A program made the translations under genes and the position numbers. DNA of 64,000 nucleotides from Clostridia bacterium. Lineage in GTDB: Bacteria; Bacillota; Clostridia; TANB77; CAG-465. Positions 9,621 through 20,200 of this stretch are shown here, in pieces. Position 1 is the stretch's first letter; each line of letters begins with the position of its first letter. Where the stretch lies: positions 1,946 to 65,945 of the forward strand of contig JAVWPP010000001.1 of assembly GCA_036635835.1 (NCBI GenBank), read 5' to 3'. The notes beneath the pieces are model-generated. The model was given only the letters and a program-made list of their open reading frames with translations. It searched no databases and was not told the DNA's origin.

Positions 9621-10354
9621 TATTTTCTCCTCCTTTCATATTGTTTTAATGATTTTCTTATAAATGAAGTTTGCCCGTCACCTAGTATCAATCCTGATAC
9701 TTCAACTGCTGCATTCTTAAAAGCATTAGAGAATTTTTTATACTCTATTACTCCAGAATATACATTTTCAATGCTTGCTACTTTATCTACTTCATCGTAA
9801 GGGAACTCTATTGGTTCATGTTCCCATACAACTTCATACTCACTAAATTTATTTTCAAAGTATTGTTCACTTGCTCTTTGCAAGTATAATTTATATATTA
9901 CTTTTGTCATTTTAATTTCTTGCTCTGGTAATTTAAAATTGAACATTGTTTTAAGAATTTCAGCATTTTTTTCTACCGAAATTGGACTGTGATCAAAGAA
10001 GAAAAACAATTTATCAAATCCACGTTTTCTAAATTCTTGATATGATTGTTGATTATCTATATCTACAATCATGTAATCATATTCATCTAGATTTATATTT
10101 CTTTCAATGATATATTTTTCAAAGTGCCCTAATGATTCATAGTTTACAGCGCCGTATAGCCCATCGTAATTAGCTATATGTGGCTCTGTTTTACCCTCAA
10201 TAGAGGGCAAAGTATATTTCAATCTTTGTTCAGATGTTCCATCCATTATCAGAACTTTTTTTCCACATATAGTTAGCATTTTTGCTACTGATATTATAAA
10301 ATCTGTTTTATTTACGTATCCTAAAAATCCTATAACTTGCATACTTTCTCCCAT
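9620..10354 (-). CDS. Second degenerate MinD/ParA-fold protein (start may be ATG at 10342)
   Basis: IGFLGYVNKTD, GKKVLIMDGT, YDYMIVDID. Confidence 0.65.
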   Translation of the reverse strand: MGESMQVIGFLGYVNKTDFIISVAKMLTICGKKVLIMDGTSEQRLKYTLPSIEGKTEPHIANYDGLYGAVNYESLGHFEKYIIERNINLDEYDYMIVDIDNQQSYQEFRKRGFDKLFFFFDHSPISVEKNAEILKTMFNFKLPEQEIKMTKVIYKLYLQRASEQYFENKFSEYEVVWEHEPIEFPYDEVDKVASIENVYSGVIEYKKFSNAFKNAAVEVSGLILGDGQTSFIRKSLKQYERRRK

Positions 10355-10386
10355 CTTTTTTTATTTTATATAGTATTATTGTTCAA

Positions 10387-11478
10387 TTATTCAGTTTTTT
10401 CTGCATTTGCATCTGCCCCAGCATCTGCTTCTGCCTCTGCAGCTGCTGCATCTTCTTCTGCCTTAGCAGCATCTAACATTCCTTGTCTTTCTTCTTCTTG
10501 TCTTGTTATACTGTCTGTAATTCCAGAAGTTACTTTATCATAATCGTCTTCGTACTGTGCTTTATAGCTTGCTATTTGAGCTTCGATTAATAATCTATTT
10601 TCTTCGCTTAATTTTTCTTTAGCTTGATCTAAAATATTAGGTCTAGTTCTCATTAAGTCTTGTATTTGTGTATTTGGCATATAATTTTGTTCAATGCTCT
10701 TCTTAGAACTTATAAGTCCAGAGAAATCTTGAATTAATGAATAAACAGATTCTATTGCCATGTTTTTATCTTGACCAGATAGTACATCTAGTTCATCATA
10801 AATTTTAGCTTTCATAACATCTACTGATTCATCTTTTCCATAAACGATTTGTGAATCTGGATCTGAGTATTTAACAGCGTATAATTTTGTTCCTTCATTT
10901 AAGAAACTATCTACCATAGCGCCATTCATTAATAATAATTGTTCTTCAGAAATATCAAACCACATAGTAAGATTAGAAATCTTATTAACTTTCATTTGAG
11001 AAAGCACTACGTAATCTATACCTGATGGGAACATAACTCTTATATCAACTGTGTCACCTTCAATTATATCACTTGGCATTAATATTGTATTATATTCAAC
11101 TGATCTTACGTCTTTGCCCATTAGGCTTTCTGTAAGCATACCGTCAACAAGTGGAATGCTTTTAGGTACATTGTATTTTGCTACTTTACCTATTGCATCT
11201 CCTTCGCTTCCTATGGCTTTTTGTGGAACATTTTTAATGTGTACGTATACACTATTAACCATATCTTTTTTGATTTTTTCGCCTTGTATAACATCTTTTT
11301 TGAAGCATACTACTTCTTTTTGATATTTAGCTATGAAATTCTTATTTGTTCCTTCTTCATATCCTTTTACTGTAACAACAGAAATACCAATTGTGATACC
11401 TGCAATTACAAGTCCAATTAATAGCCCAATGCCAAAGCCTATTAACATTTTCTTTTTTATTTGATTCATTCCTAACAT
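10387..11478 (-). CDS. SAF-domain / RcpC-CpaB-like pilus assembly protein
   Basis: N-terminal TM; SAF-like KDVIQGEKI...IGKVAKYNV; GDTVDIRV..P.G.DYVVLS; acidic Ala-rich tail; GGAGG RBS. Confidence 0.75.
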   Translation of the reverse strand: MLGMNQIKKKMLIGFGIGLLIGLVIAGITIGISVVTVKGYEEGTNKNFIAKYQKEVVCFKKDVIQGEKIKKDMVNSVYVHIKNVPQKAIGSEGDAIGKVAKYNVPKSIPLVDGMLTESLMGKDVRSVEYNTILMPSDIIEGDTVDIRVMFPSGIDYVVLSQMKVNKISNLTMWFDISEEQLLLMNGAMVDSFLNEGTKLYAVKYSDPDSQIVYGKDESVDVMKAKIYDELDVLSGQDKNMAIESVYSLIQDFSGLISSKKSIEQNYMPNTQIQDLMRTRPNILDQAKEKLSEENRLLIEAQIASYKAQYEDDYDKVTSGITDSITRQEEERQGMLDAAKAEEDAAAAEAEADAGADANAEKTE

Positions 11479-11576
11479 ATACTACCTCCATATATTATAT
11501 CTCACTTTTGATTTTATTATATTAATGATATAAAATCAACTAGTAATATTATATTTCGCAAAATAATATGTAAAAG

Positions 11577-11620
11577 AAATATGCCTGTAATATTTTTGTA
11601 ATACTACAGGCATATTTTTT
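11577..11620 (-). terminator. Intrinsic terminator after dacF
   Basis: AAATATGCCTGTA / TACAGGCATATTT inverted repeat. Confidence 0.7.
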
Positions 11621-12829
11621 TTATTTTAAAAAAATGTAATAATTTTTTAGCATTTTTTTATACATTTGACTTAACGATATTTTAGGTATATTTTCTCCTA
11701 TGTAGACTTTTTGTACATAAACTACATTTTCTCCGTTTTTAAATATAACTTCACCAATTTGTTTAGTTGCTTTTACAGGAGCAAGTAGCTTTTTATCTAT
11801 TTTTACTTCTTTAACTATTTCCGCTTTTTGTCCTTTATCCATTATATTATTTATATCTTCTGCAAATTTCAAATGCACTTTTTCTATGTTTGCTTTCTCT
11901 ATTTTAACATCTCCAATTACTTCATCTTTTTTAGCTAATTTAATACATGCATAATTATTAAATCCATAGTCTAAAAGTTGTTTTACTTCTTCGTTTCTAA
12001 TCTCTGCAGTTGGTGCCTTTAAGACTACCGCTATAAGAGAAAGTCCATTTTTTGTAGCACTTCCAGATAGATTAAATAACGCCTGAGATGTAGAACCTGT
12101 TTTTAGTCCGTTTGCACCTGGATAAAATCTAATTAGTTTGTTTGTATTAGTAAGTCCAAATGTACCCCCTCTTAACGTATCCATCCATATACTTGTGAAT
12201 TTTAATATGTTTGGGTGTTTGGAAATAAGCTCAGATGACATTATACTAATATCTCTTGCTGAAGTATAATGCTCCGCTTCATCTATTCCATGTGGATTCA
12301 TGAAATGTGTATTATTCATGCTAAGTTCTTTAGCTCTATTATTCATCATAGCAACAAAATTTTCACTGCTGCCACCTATATGTTCTGCTACTGCCATTGA
12401 TACATCGTTTGCACTAACAACGCAAATTGCTTTTAGGCATTCTTCCACAGAAAGTTGTTCGTTTTCTTTAAACCAAATTTGAGAACCGCCCATTTTAGAA
12501 GCATTTGCACTACATGTAATTTTATCTGTATATGCAAGTTTTCCAGAGTCTATTGCTTCCATTGTAAGAAGTAATGTCATTATTTTGGTTACGGATGCAG
12601 GTAGCAATTTTTCATCTGCATTATTTTCGTATATGACTTTTCCGGTAGTTGGTTCTACTAATATTTGTGCCGCGGACTTAAAAGCAAAAGTAGGCGGAGC
12701 TACAGTTTGCATGCTACTTACGTTTGTTTTTAAATCTAATGAATATATATAGCTGTTTCCTAAAATTATGCTTGTTGTAAATATACATATTCCTACTAAA
12801 AAAATAATTTTTTTTATACTATTTGTCAT
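11621..12829 (-). CDS. dacF: D-alanyl-D-alanine carboxypeptidase (S11, DacF-like)
   Basis: PASVTK (SxxK), SAN (SxN), GLKTG, MGGSQIW. Confidence 0.85.
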   Translation of the reverse strand: MTNSIKKIIFLVGICIFTTSIILGNSYIYSLDLKTNVSSMQTVAPPTFAFKSAAQILVEPTTGKVIYENNADEKLLPASVTKIMTLLLTMEAIDSGKLAYTDKITCSANASKMGGSQIWFKENEQLSVEECLKAICVVSANDVSMAVAEHIGGSSENFVAMMNNRAKELSMNNTHFMNPHGIDEAEHYTSARDISIMSSELISKHPNILKFTSIWMDTLRGGTFGLTNTNKLIRFYPGANGLKTGSTSQALFNLSGSATKNGLSLIAVVLKAPTAEIRNEEVKQLLDYGFNNYACIKLAKKDEVIGDVKIEKANIEKVHLKFAEDINNIMDKGQKAEIVKEVKIDKKLLAPVKATKQIGEVIFKNGENVVYVQKVYIGENIPKISLSQMYKKMLKNYYIFLK

Positions 12830-12922
12830 AAAATCACCTAATACATTATATTATTCATTTCTAAAACTATGCAAACATATTAAGTAAAAGGCAATATTCT
12901 CATTTTGAATACTGCCTTTTTA

Positions 12923-13381
12923 TTATTTTTCTATTTTGTTTTTAATAGATTCTAATTCTTTATCTGCTTTTTCTACTTCTGTTTCGCTTTTCTTATTTAT
13001 GCAATTACCAATTAACAAACTAACCTTATCCATTGCATCTGGAGCAAGGTCTATTATTTTTTCTACAGCTGATGATGCGTTTAAATTAAGGACTTTTATG
13101 TTTCCGTCTTTAACTACTAAAAACGCAGAAGGAGATATATTTACTCCCGCTCCACTTCCTCCACCAAAAGGTAGTTTTACACTTTCCGAAAATTTATTTA
13201 GTTTGTTTGTATTAAACTCACTTCCTCCAGAAGCAAAGCCAAATGTAACTTTAGACACAGGTATTATTATTGTTCCGTCAGCGCTTTGAACTACGTCTCC
13301 TATTATTGTGTTAACATCTATCATGTCTCTTAGTGATGTCATAGCTGTAACCATTAAACTTTCAATTGGATGATCTGCCAT
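12923..13381 (-). CDS. ytfJ: Sporulation/germination protein YtfJ (GerW)
   Basis: HPIESLM, MIDVNTIIG, IIPVSKVTFGFASGGSEF, PFGGGSGAGV; RBS favours ATG at 13381. Confidence 0.92.
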   Translation of the reverse strand: MADHPIESLMVTAMTSLRDMIDVNTIIGDVVQSADGTIIIPVSKVTFGFASGGSEFNTNKLNKFSESVKLPFGGGSGAGVNISPSAFLVVKDGNIKVLNLNASSAVEKIIDLAPDAMDKVSLLIGNCINKKSETEVEKADKELESIKNKIEK

Positions 13382-13968
13382 ACTTTTTTCCACCTTTCCT
13401 TTATATATTTTTTTATTACTTGTATAATAATAGTTATATTTTTAGCAATAGTTGTTGAAAATATACATGTAAAACTATAAGTATAGCTGTTTTCTGTAGA
13501 AAGCATCTTTATATTAATGTATGTATCTTCTAGTTTGGAAATATTTGCACCTATTAAGCAGTTTATATACGTAAGTATTCCTACATTTATAAGGGGTGAA
13601 ATGCTTACATCTCCTGTATTAAGGCCAAAGTGCAGCTCTATTTTTTTGTATTTTACGTTATTTAATATATTTATTAAGTCTTTTACTTCGAAAGATTTAT
13701 ATATGTCCTCTTCTAGATTTAAAAACTTTTTATATACTATTTGTGCGGCTTTTTCGTAATCTATTAATTTGTCTTTACCTAAACCGATTTTATCTAATGC
13801 ATTTTCAAATTCTATTTTTTTTATTTTTATTCCATAGATGCTTACTTGAAAATAGTCTTTTTCATTGTTTTGTTTTATATCTTCTGTTACCATTTTTATT
13901 TCAAATGTAAGAGGTAAAAGAAAAATAGCTAATATACATGTTATACTGAATAAAATTAAATAAATCAT
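13354..13968 (-). CDS. YtfI/DUF2953-like membrane protein
   Basis: N-terminal TM; overlaps ytfJ in the usual ytfI position; divergent sequence. Confidence 0.6.
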   Translation of the reverse strand: MIYLILFSITCILAIFLLPLTFEIKMVTEDIKQNNEKDYFQVSIYGIKIKKIEFENALDKIGLGKDKLIDYEKAAQIVYKKFLNLEEDIYKSFEVKDLINILNNVKYKKIELHFGLNTGDVSISPLINVGILTYINCLIGANISKLEDTYINIKMLSTENSYTYSFTCIFSTTIAKNITIIIQVIKKYIKERWKKVWQIIQLKV

Positions 13969-14005
13969 ATTCTCACCACTTGTATTATTAGCTATTTTTT
14001 TTATA

Positions 14006-14788
14006 TTATTCTTGAATTAGTTCTAAATCTAATTCTTCATCGTTTATTTTTCTTACTGTAATATCTCCAAAAAGATCTTTTTGGGATACATCTATCTTTT
14101 TTAACTTTGCAAGTTCAAGCATTCCTAAAAAAGCAGTTACTATTTCAACTTGATTGTTTTCTTCTATGTTAAATAACTTGTTGAAAACAAAAGATGTTTT
14201 ATGAAAAAGTTCATTTAGCATTTGTTTTACTTTACTTCTAACTGTTACTTTTTCTATTATTATTATATCTTCTATTTCATTAGATTTTACATTTACTTTT
14301 TGTTTATTTCTTTTTAAGACTTCTAAATATGCTTCATTTAACTCTATAGCGGAAAAGTCGTTGGTAGCTTGCTTTTGTGGTAGTTTTATTGCTTCTGTTG
14401 ATTTTACTACGCAGCCATAATTGTTTTTATACATTTCTTCCATTAGACTTGCAGCAAATTTATATTTTTTATATTCTGCTATTCTTTTTAAAATATCTTC
14501 TTCTGATTCTTCTTCGTCTTCTTCTGAAGAGTTTATATCTGGCAATAGGCTTTTAGATTTTATGTATAATAGATTAGAAGCCATTACTAAAAATTCGCTG
14601 GCTATTTCCATATTCATTTTTTCCATTGCATCTAGATATTCTATATATGCATCTGTTATTTCACTTAAAGAAACATCAAATATATTCATCTTTTTTTTAT
14701 CTATTAAATAGCAAAGTAAATCTAAAGGTCCTTCAAAATTGTTTATATTTAGACTATATTTGCTTAGCGTTTCGTTAAAAATACTCAA
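14006..14788 (-). CDS. scpA: Segregation and condensation protein A (kleisin)
   Basis: FEGPLDLL, EFLVMAS..LYIKSKSLLP, VTAFLGMLELAK, Q..LFGDI. Confidence 0.95.
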   Translation of the reverse strand: MSIFNETLSKYSLNINNFEGPLDLLCYLIDKKKMNIFDVSLSEITDAYIEYLDAMEKMNMEIASEFLVMASNLLYIKSKSLLPDINSSEEDEEESEEDILKRIAEYKKYKFAASLMEEMYKNNYGCVVKSTEAIKLPQKQATNDFSAIELNEAYLEVLKRNKQKVNVKSNEIEDIIIIEKVTVRSKVKQMLNELFHKTSFVFNKLFNIEENNQVEIVTAFLGMLELAKLKKIDVSQKDLFGDITVRKINDEELDLELIQE

Positions 14789-14789
14789 A

Positions 14790-15647
14790 TTACATCACTT
14801 CCAATACTTCATTTATTGTTTCAATCATTGCTAGTTTAGCTTTGTCTGCATTTTCTATAACTTCACTATGTGTTGGTGAAGCATTATTTGTACAAGAATT
14901 TGTTATACAAGAAACTCCGAAAACTTTCATATTTGAATGTTTTGCTACGATAGCTTCTGGCACTGTTGACATACCAACTGCGTCTGCGCCAAGGATTCTA
15001 AGTGCATTTACTTCAGCAGGTGTTTCATAACTTGGACCTGTCATATATATATAGTTTCCAACATGATAATCTTTATTAAGTTTATCTAGTTTTAATGCAA
15101 CTTTTTTTACTGTTTCTTCATCATATAGGTTATGCATATTAGGAAATCTTTCACCGAAAAATTCTAGGTTTTCTCCTATTAACGGGTTTACACCAAAGAT
15201 ATTTATTTGATCTTTTATTATCATTATATCCCCAGGATTATATTCTAAATTAATTCCACCAGCTGCATTAGTAAGTATTATTTTTTTTATTCCAAGCTCA
15301 CTATACACTCTGATAAGCTGAGTAACACTTCTTAAATTATGTCCTTCATAATAATGTATTCTGCCTTGTTGCAAAACAACATTTTTATTATTTAAAGTTC
15401 CAAATATAAGCTTACCCTCATGACCTTTTATAGTTGTTTTAGGCATGCCAAGCAGTTGATCAAATTTAAGCTCGAAATCTACTTTTATTTCTTTTACTAA
15501 ATCGCTAAGTCCTGAACCTAGTACAATTGCAAACTCATAATCTTTTTGTATATTTTTTTCTATAATTTTTACGTTTTTTTCTATCATTTTTAAATATTCA
15601 TTATTGTTTTCTAACGCTTCTTTATTTGGGTTCATATATATTACCAC
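14790..15647 (-). CDS. punA: Purine-nucleoside phosphorylase (trimeric type)
   Basis: IVLGSGL, GHEG, QGRIHYYEG, TNAAGG, GPSYETPAE, VGMSTVPE. Confidence 0.93.
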   Translation of the reverse strand: MVIYMNPNKEALENNNEYLKMIEKNVKIIEKNIQKDYEFAIVLGSGLSDLVKEIKVDFELKFDQLLGMPKTTIKGHEGKLIFGTLNNKNVVLQQGRIHYYEGHNLRSVTQLIRVYSELGIKKIILTNAAGGINLEYNPGDIMIIKDQINIFGVNPLIGENLEFFGERFPNMHNLYDEETVKKVALKLDKLNKDYHVGNYIYMTGPSYETPAEVNALRILGADAVGMSTVPEAIVAKHSNMKVFGVSCITNSCTNNASPTHSEVIENADKAKLAMIETINEVLEVM

Positions 15648-16060
15648 TTTCCTTCGATATCTACGTCAAAACCTCTATTAAATAAATACATTAATATTTT
15701 ATCTTCGTCTAAAGTTTTTGACTTTGAGTTTACTATTTTTTCAATCACTTTTTTTTCATAATCTATTTCATATAAAATATTAATCTCTTTATCAATTATA
15801 CCTTCTTTGACGCCCTTTTGCAATAGACTTTCCCTTATTTCATATGTTGATTTTTTCATTTCATTGCTGCACTGTTTGATATATAAAGAAGTATAGGCTA
15901 CATCATCTATGTAACCTATTTCTTCAATATCTATAATAACTTTATCTATAATTTCATCTTCTACACCAAGACTTGCTAATTTATTTCTAACTTCATACTC
16001 TGTTTTTTTAGTTGAAGCTAAATATTTAACAGCTTTTTGCCTCGCAGTTATATAGTCCAA
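15641..16060 (-). CDS. recX: RecX regulator (short form)
   Basis: Downstream of recA; A.KYL, EVRNKL, GYIDD, L.QKGV, YL.NRGF. Confidence 0.85.
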   Translation of the reverse strand: MDYITARQKAVKYLASTKKTEYEVRNKLASLGVEDEIIDKVIIDIEEIGYIDDVAYTSLYIKQCSNEMKKSTYEIRESLLQKGVKEGIIDKEINILYEIDYEKKVIEKIVNSKSKTLDEDKILMYLFNRGFDVDIEGKW

Positions 16061-16062
16061 AA

Positions 16063-17109
16063 TTATTCCTCGCTTTCATTTACTTTGAATTCTTCAAAAT
16101 CTCCTAAACTTTTTTCAAAAGCTAGTTTGTAATTATCTCTGATTTTCTTTTCTATTTCAGATGCTATAGTTGGATTTTCTTTAAGGAATGATTTGGCATT
16201 TTCTCTTCCTTGACCTATTTTTTGGCCATTATATGCATACCATGCTCCACTTTTATCTATTATATCTAATGTTGCTCCTAAATCTACTATACATCCTTCT
16301 TTAGATATTCCTTTTCCATAAACAATATCAAATTCTGCTTCTCTAAATGGTGGTGCAACCTTATTCTTTACTACTTTTACTTTTGTAAGTGTTCCAGTAA
16401 CTTCTCCATTAGATTTAATTGCTTCTTTTTTTCTTACATCTAATCTTACTGATGCATAGAATTTTAAGGCTCTACCGCCGGGAGTTGTTTCTGGGCTACC
16501 AAACATTACTCCTACTTTTTCTCTAAGCTGATTTATAAATATTGCAGATGTTTTAGATTTGTTTAAAACGCCTGTTAGTTTTCTTAACGCTTGAGACATA
16601 AGCCTTGCTTGAAGTCCTATATGTGAATCTCCCATTTCTCCGTCTATTTCAGCTTTTGGAACTAGCGCTGCAACTGAATCTATAACTACTATATCTATAG
16701 CGCCACTTCTTACTAATTGCTCAGTTATTTCTAAAGCTTGCTCTCCAGTATCTGGCTGTGAAACGATTAAATTATCTATATCTACGCCTAGATTTCTAGC
16801 GTACACTGGATCTAAGGCATGTTCTGCATCTATAAACGCTGCTATTCCTCCTGCTTTTTGTGCTTCGGCAATAATATGTAATGCCACAGTTGTTTTACCA
16901 GAAGATTCTGGTCCAAATATTTCAACAACTCTTCCCCTTGGCACTCCGCCTATTCCTAAAGCTACATCTAAACTTAAGGCACCTGTAGGAATAAATTCAA
17001 TATTCATACTTGTTAGATCTCCTAATTTCATAACTGCACCTTTTCCAAAGTTTTTTTCAATTTGATTCATAGCAATGTCTAATGCTTTTTTTCTTTCTTC
17101 TAATACCAT
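16063..17109 (-). CDS. recA: Recombinase A
   Basis: [42 protein letters not shown]. Confidence 0.99.
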   Translation of the reverse strand: MVLEERKKALDIAMNQIEKNFGKGAVMKLGDLTSMNIEFIPTGALSLDVALGIGGVPRGRVVEIFGPESSGKTTVALHIIAEAQKAGGIAAFIDAEHALDPVYARNLGVDIDNLIVSQPDTGEQALEITEQLVRSGAIDIVVIDSVAALVPKAEIDGEMGDSHIGLQARLMSQALRKLTGVLNKSKTSAIFINQLREKVGVMFGSPETTPGGRALKFYASVRLDVRKKEAIKSNGEVTGTLTKVKVVKNKVAPPFREAEFDIVYGKGISKEGCIVDLGATLDIIDKSGAWYAYNGQKIGQGRENAKSFLKENPTIASEIEKKIRDNYKLAFEKSLGDFEEFKVNESEE

Positions 17110-17129
17110 ATATATTCCTCTACTTTCTT

Positions 17130-17141
17130 GAACAGTCGTTT
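17130..17141. promoter_or_regulatory. Putative LexA (SOS) box
   Basis: GAAC-AGTC-GTTT between the recA promoter and RBS; fits the Firmicute GAAC-N4-GTTY pattern. Confidence 0.7.
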
Positions 17142-17154
17142 GTTTGATATATCA

Positions 17155-17183
17155 ATTATACACAACAAAAAAACATTTGTCAA
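17155..17183 (-). promoter_or_regulatory. Sigma-A promoter of recA
   Basis: TTGACA-17 nt-TATAAT with extended TG. Confidence 0.85.
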
Positions 17184-17270
17184 CGTATTTCTCGAAAAAA
17201 TATTTTTTTTCGTTTACACGTTTTGACAAATGTTTTGAAAGGTCTATATTTCGCTATTTGTAGCTACTTT

Positions 17271-20200
17271 TTATATATCGAAAAGCTCTAAAATTTCACT
17301 TCTAGACATCTTATTTATAAATGTTTCGCCTTCTTTTATTATTGAAGTAGACAAATCATTTTTCTTTTCTTGAAGCTGCTGAATTTTTTCTTCTATACTA
17401 TTTTGTGTTATAAGTTTAAACACTTGAACATTGTTTTTTTGTCCAATTCTATATGCTCTATCTGTTGCTTGGTTTTGCGCTGAAACGTTCCACCAAGGAT
17501 CATAATGTATAACCATATCTGCGCCAGTTAGGTTTAAACCTGTTCCTCCGGCTTTTAAAGATATAAGGAAAACAGATAGTTCTTTGCTTCTATTAAATTC
17601 TTCAACCATTTCTATTCTTTCATCTACTTTTGTTTGACCTGTTAAAGTTAAGAAATTAATGTTTTTTTCTTTTAAATTCTTTTCAATGATTGGAAACATA
17701 GATGTGAACTGTGAAAATAGGAGTATTTTATGTCCGCTATTTGCGCCTTCTACTATTATTTCTAAACACTGATTTAGTTTTTCGCTTTCTCCATCGTAAT
17801 CATCTATGAAAAGTGATGGATGGCAGCAAAGCTGTCTAAGCCTTGTTATCATTGATAAAATTTTAATCTTGTTACCAGATTTATTCTCATCTTTTAATTC
17901 TTCGTTAACTTCTTTTCTTACGCCTGCTAAATGTGCTTTATATAATGCTGTTTGTTTTTCGTTCATTTCATTATATAGAACAGATTCTGTTTTTTCTGGA
18001 AGCTCAGATAGTACGTCTTTTTTCATTCTTCTAAGTATAAATGGTGATACCATCTTTTTTAATTTAGTCATTGAATACGTGTCGTTATCTTTTACAATTG
18101 GTTGCTCGTATATGTCTCTGAATTTTCTATATCCGTATAAATATCCAGGCATAACGAAGTCAAAAATTGACCATAGCTCAGAAAGTGAGTTTTCCATTGG
18201 TGTTCCTGTAAGGGCAAATCTTACTGAACTGTTAATTCTTTTAAGTGCTTTTGCGTTTTGAGTGTTGTTGTTTTTTATATACTGAGCCTCATCTGCTATG
18301 CAATATTTGAAATTCACTTTTTCGTATTCTTCTATGTCTCTTTTTAATAAATCGTATGAGGTAATTACTACGTCATAATTTAGTGATGTCTTTATCAACT
18401 CAGATCTGTTTTTTGCGTTACCACTTACTACTAAAATATCTATATATGGAGCAAATTTATTTATTTCTTTTTTCCAGTTTATATATAAAGAACTTGGGCA
18501 AACTACAATTGATGTTTGTTTGTCATGTTGTTTTTCATCTATAAGTAGTGATATTATTTGAATTGTTTTACCAAGACCCATATCATCTGCAAGTATTCCA
18601 CCAAATCCACATTTATCTAAAGTTTTTAACCAGTTGAATCCTGTCTTTTGATAGTTTCTTAAAACACCTTCTATGCATTTTGGTTCTTTAAATTGCTCAT
18701 CTTTTATACTTGTTACATCCTTGATAACATTTTTAAAAGTTTCATCTCTTGTGATATCTATGCTGTCGTTTTCTTTAATAAAATTATCTAGGCTTAATGC
18801 TCTATATTTTTCTACTTGTATTTTTCCATCTACCAATTCTTTTTCGTTTACGCCAAGCGTATCTGATAGGTCTACAAGTGCAGATATTCCAGCAGATTCG
18901 AAGTTTAAAAAGCTTCCGTCTTTAAGTCTAAAGTATTTCTTTTTCATTTTATATAGCTTAAATATTTGTTTTATTTCTGCTTCTGTAAGGCCTAAGTCTT
19001 CTACGGAAACGCTAAGTAGATTGTTTTCTATGCGCACTCCCATAGATATTTTTTTTGTGCTTATTATTTGTCTATTTTTAAGTTTTTCAGTTATTAAGAC
19101 TTCAAATTTAGCCATGAAATCTTCTATGCCTTCTTTAATGAAATTATATATATCTGATTCTTCTTTTAAATATATATACTGCTTTTCGTAATTTACACTA
19201 AATCCGTGTTGTTTAAATATATTTCTAACTTTTAATTCTTCTATACTATTTCTATTGCATTCTACTTTAGAAAGATCTGAATATGGATTAAATTCTATAT
19301 CTCCATAGCAAAATTTTATTTCTGCTATTATATTATTGTATTTGTCTAAATCTAAAAATACTTTAACTGCTAATTTTTCTGGTAGAAAGCCTTCTACAAT
19401 TTTTTCATCATAAATTACTTCTGCTTTTTCATTAAGAATAGGTAAAACATATCCGCAAAAGCTAGATATTCTGTCTTTTGTTATTTTCATAACTTCTTTT
19501 TTACTCATTCTAAATGAATTAATAGCTGGTATTACTGCATTTTTAAATTCATCTGAGCATTTATATAATACATAATCTTTTAATATATATATACTATTTT
19601 GTCCTTTATATATTTTATATTCCATGTAATTATGCGTTATTTCTAACTTTTTATCGTTTTGAGATACAACAAATTTCAAGACTGGATCTTGCTCTAGAAA
19701 TTTAATGAATTTAACTTCTTCAGTTTTTTCTGCATCTGTTTCTTCTACTTCTATTTCCATATCTTTTGCTATTTCAAAAAACTCGTCAAGTGCGCTATAT
19801 ACAAGGTTTATTTTGCCTCTAACTGAGCCTTGTGAGTTGTATACATCTATTAACTCATTGTACTCTGTAGCTTTTTTATCTATAAATTTCATAAGCTGTA
19901 AAGAATCTTTTTCGAAAGCTTCTTTAATATGAATAAACTCTAAATCTTTTCCGTATTTAACGCATTCTTTGTTTTTTAAAGCTTCGCTAAATTTGTATAT
20001 ATCTTTTAAAATATATTCTTTTTCTGTGCCAAGTTTAAAACTTACAGAAAAGTTCTTTCCGGATATTTTAACTTTAGGTGTTATTCTAACATGATTATAT
20101 TTACTTTTATTATCTAGCTTTTGTAGTTCCATAGTTTCGTAATATGATATAAAATCCATCACTAGATTTGTATCTCTTTTACCAGTTAGGCTTATTGATT

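Noticed and set aside
12841..12880. Forespore sigma-F/G promoter for dacF (and a similar site before sleB)
   Set aside because: Only partial matches in very AT-rich DNA; too weak to call.
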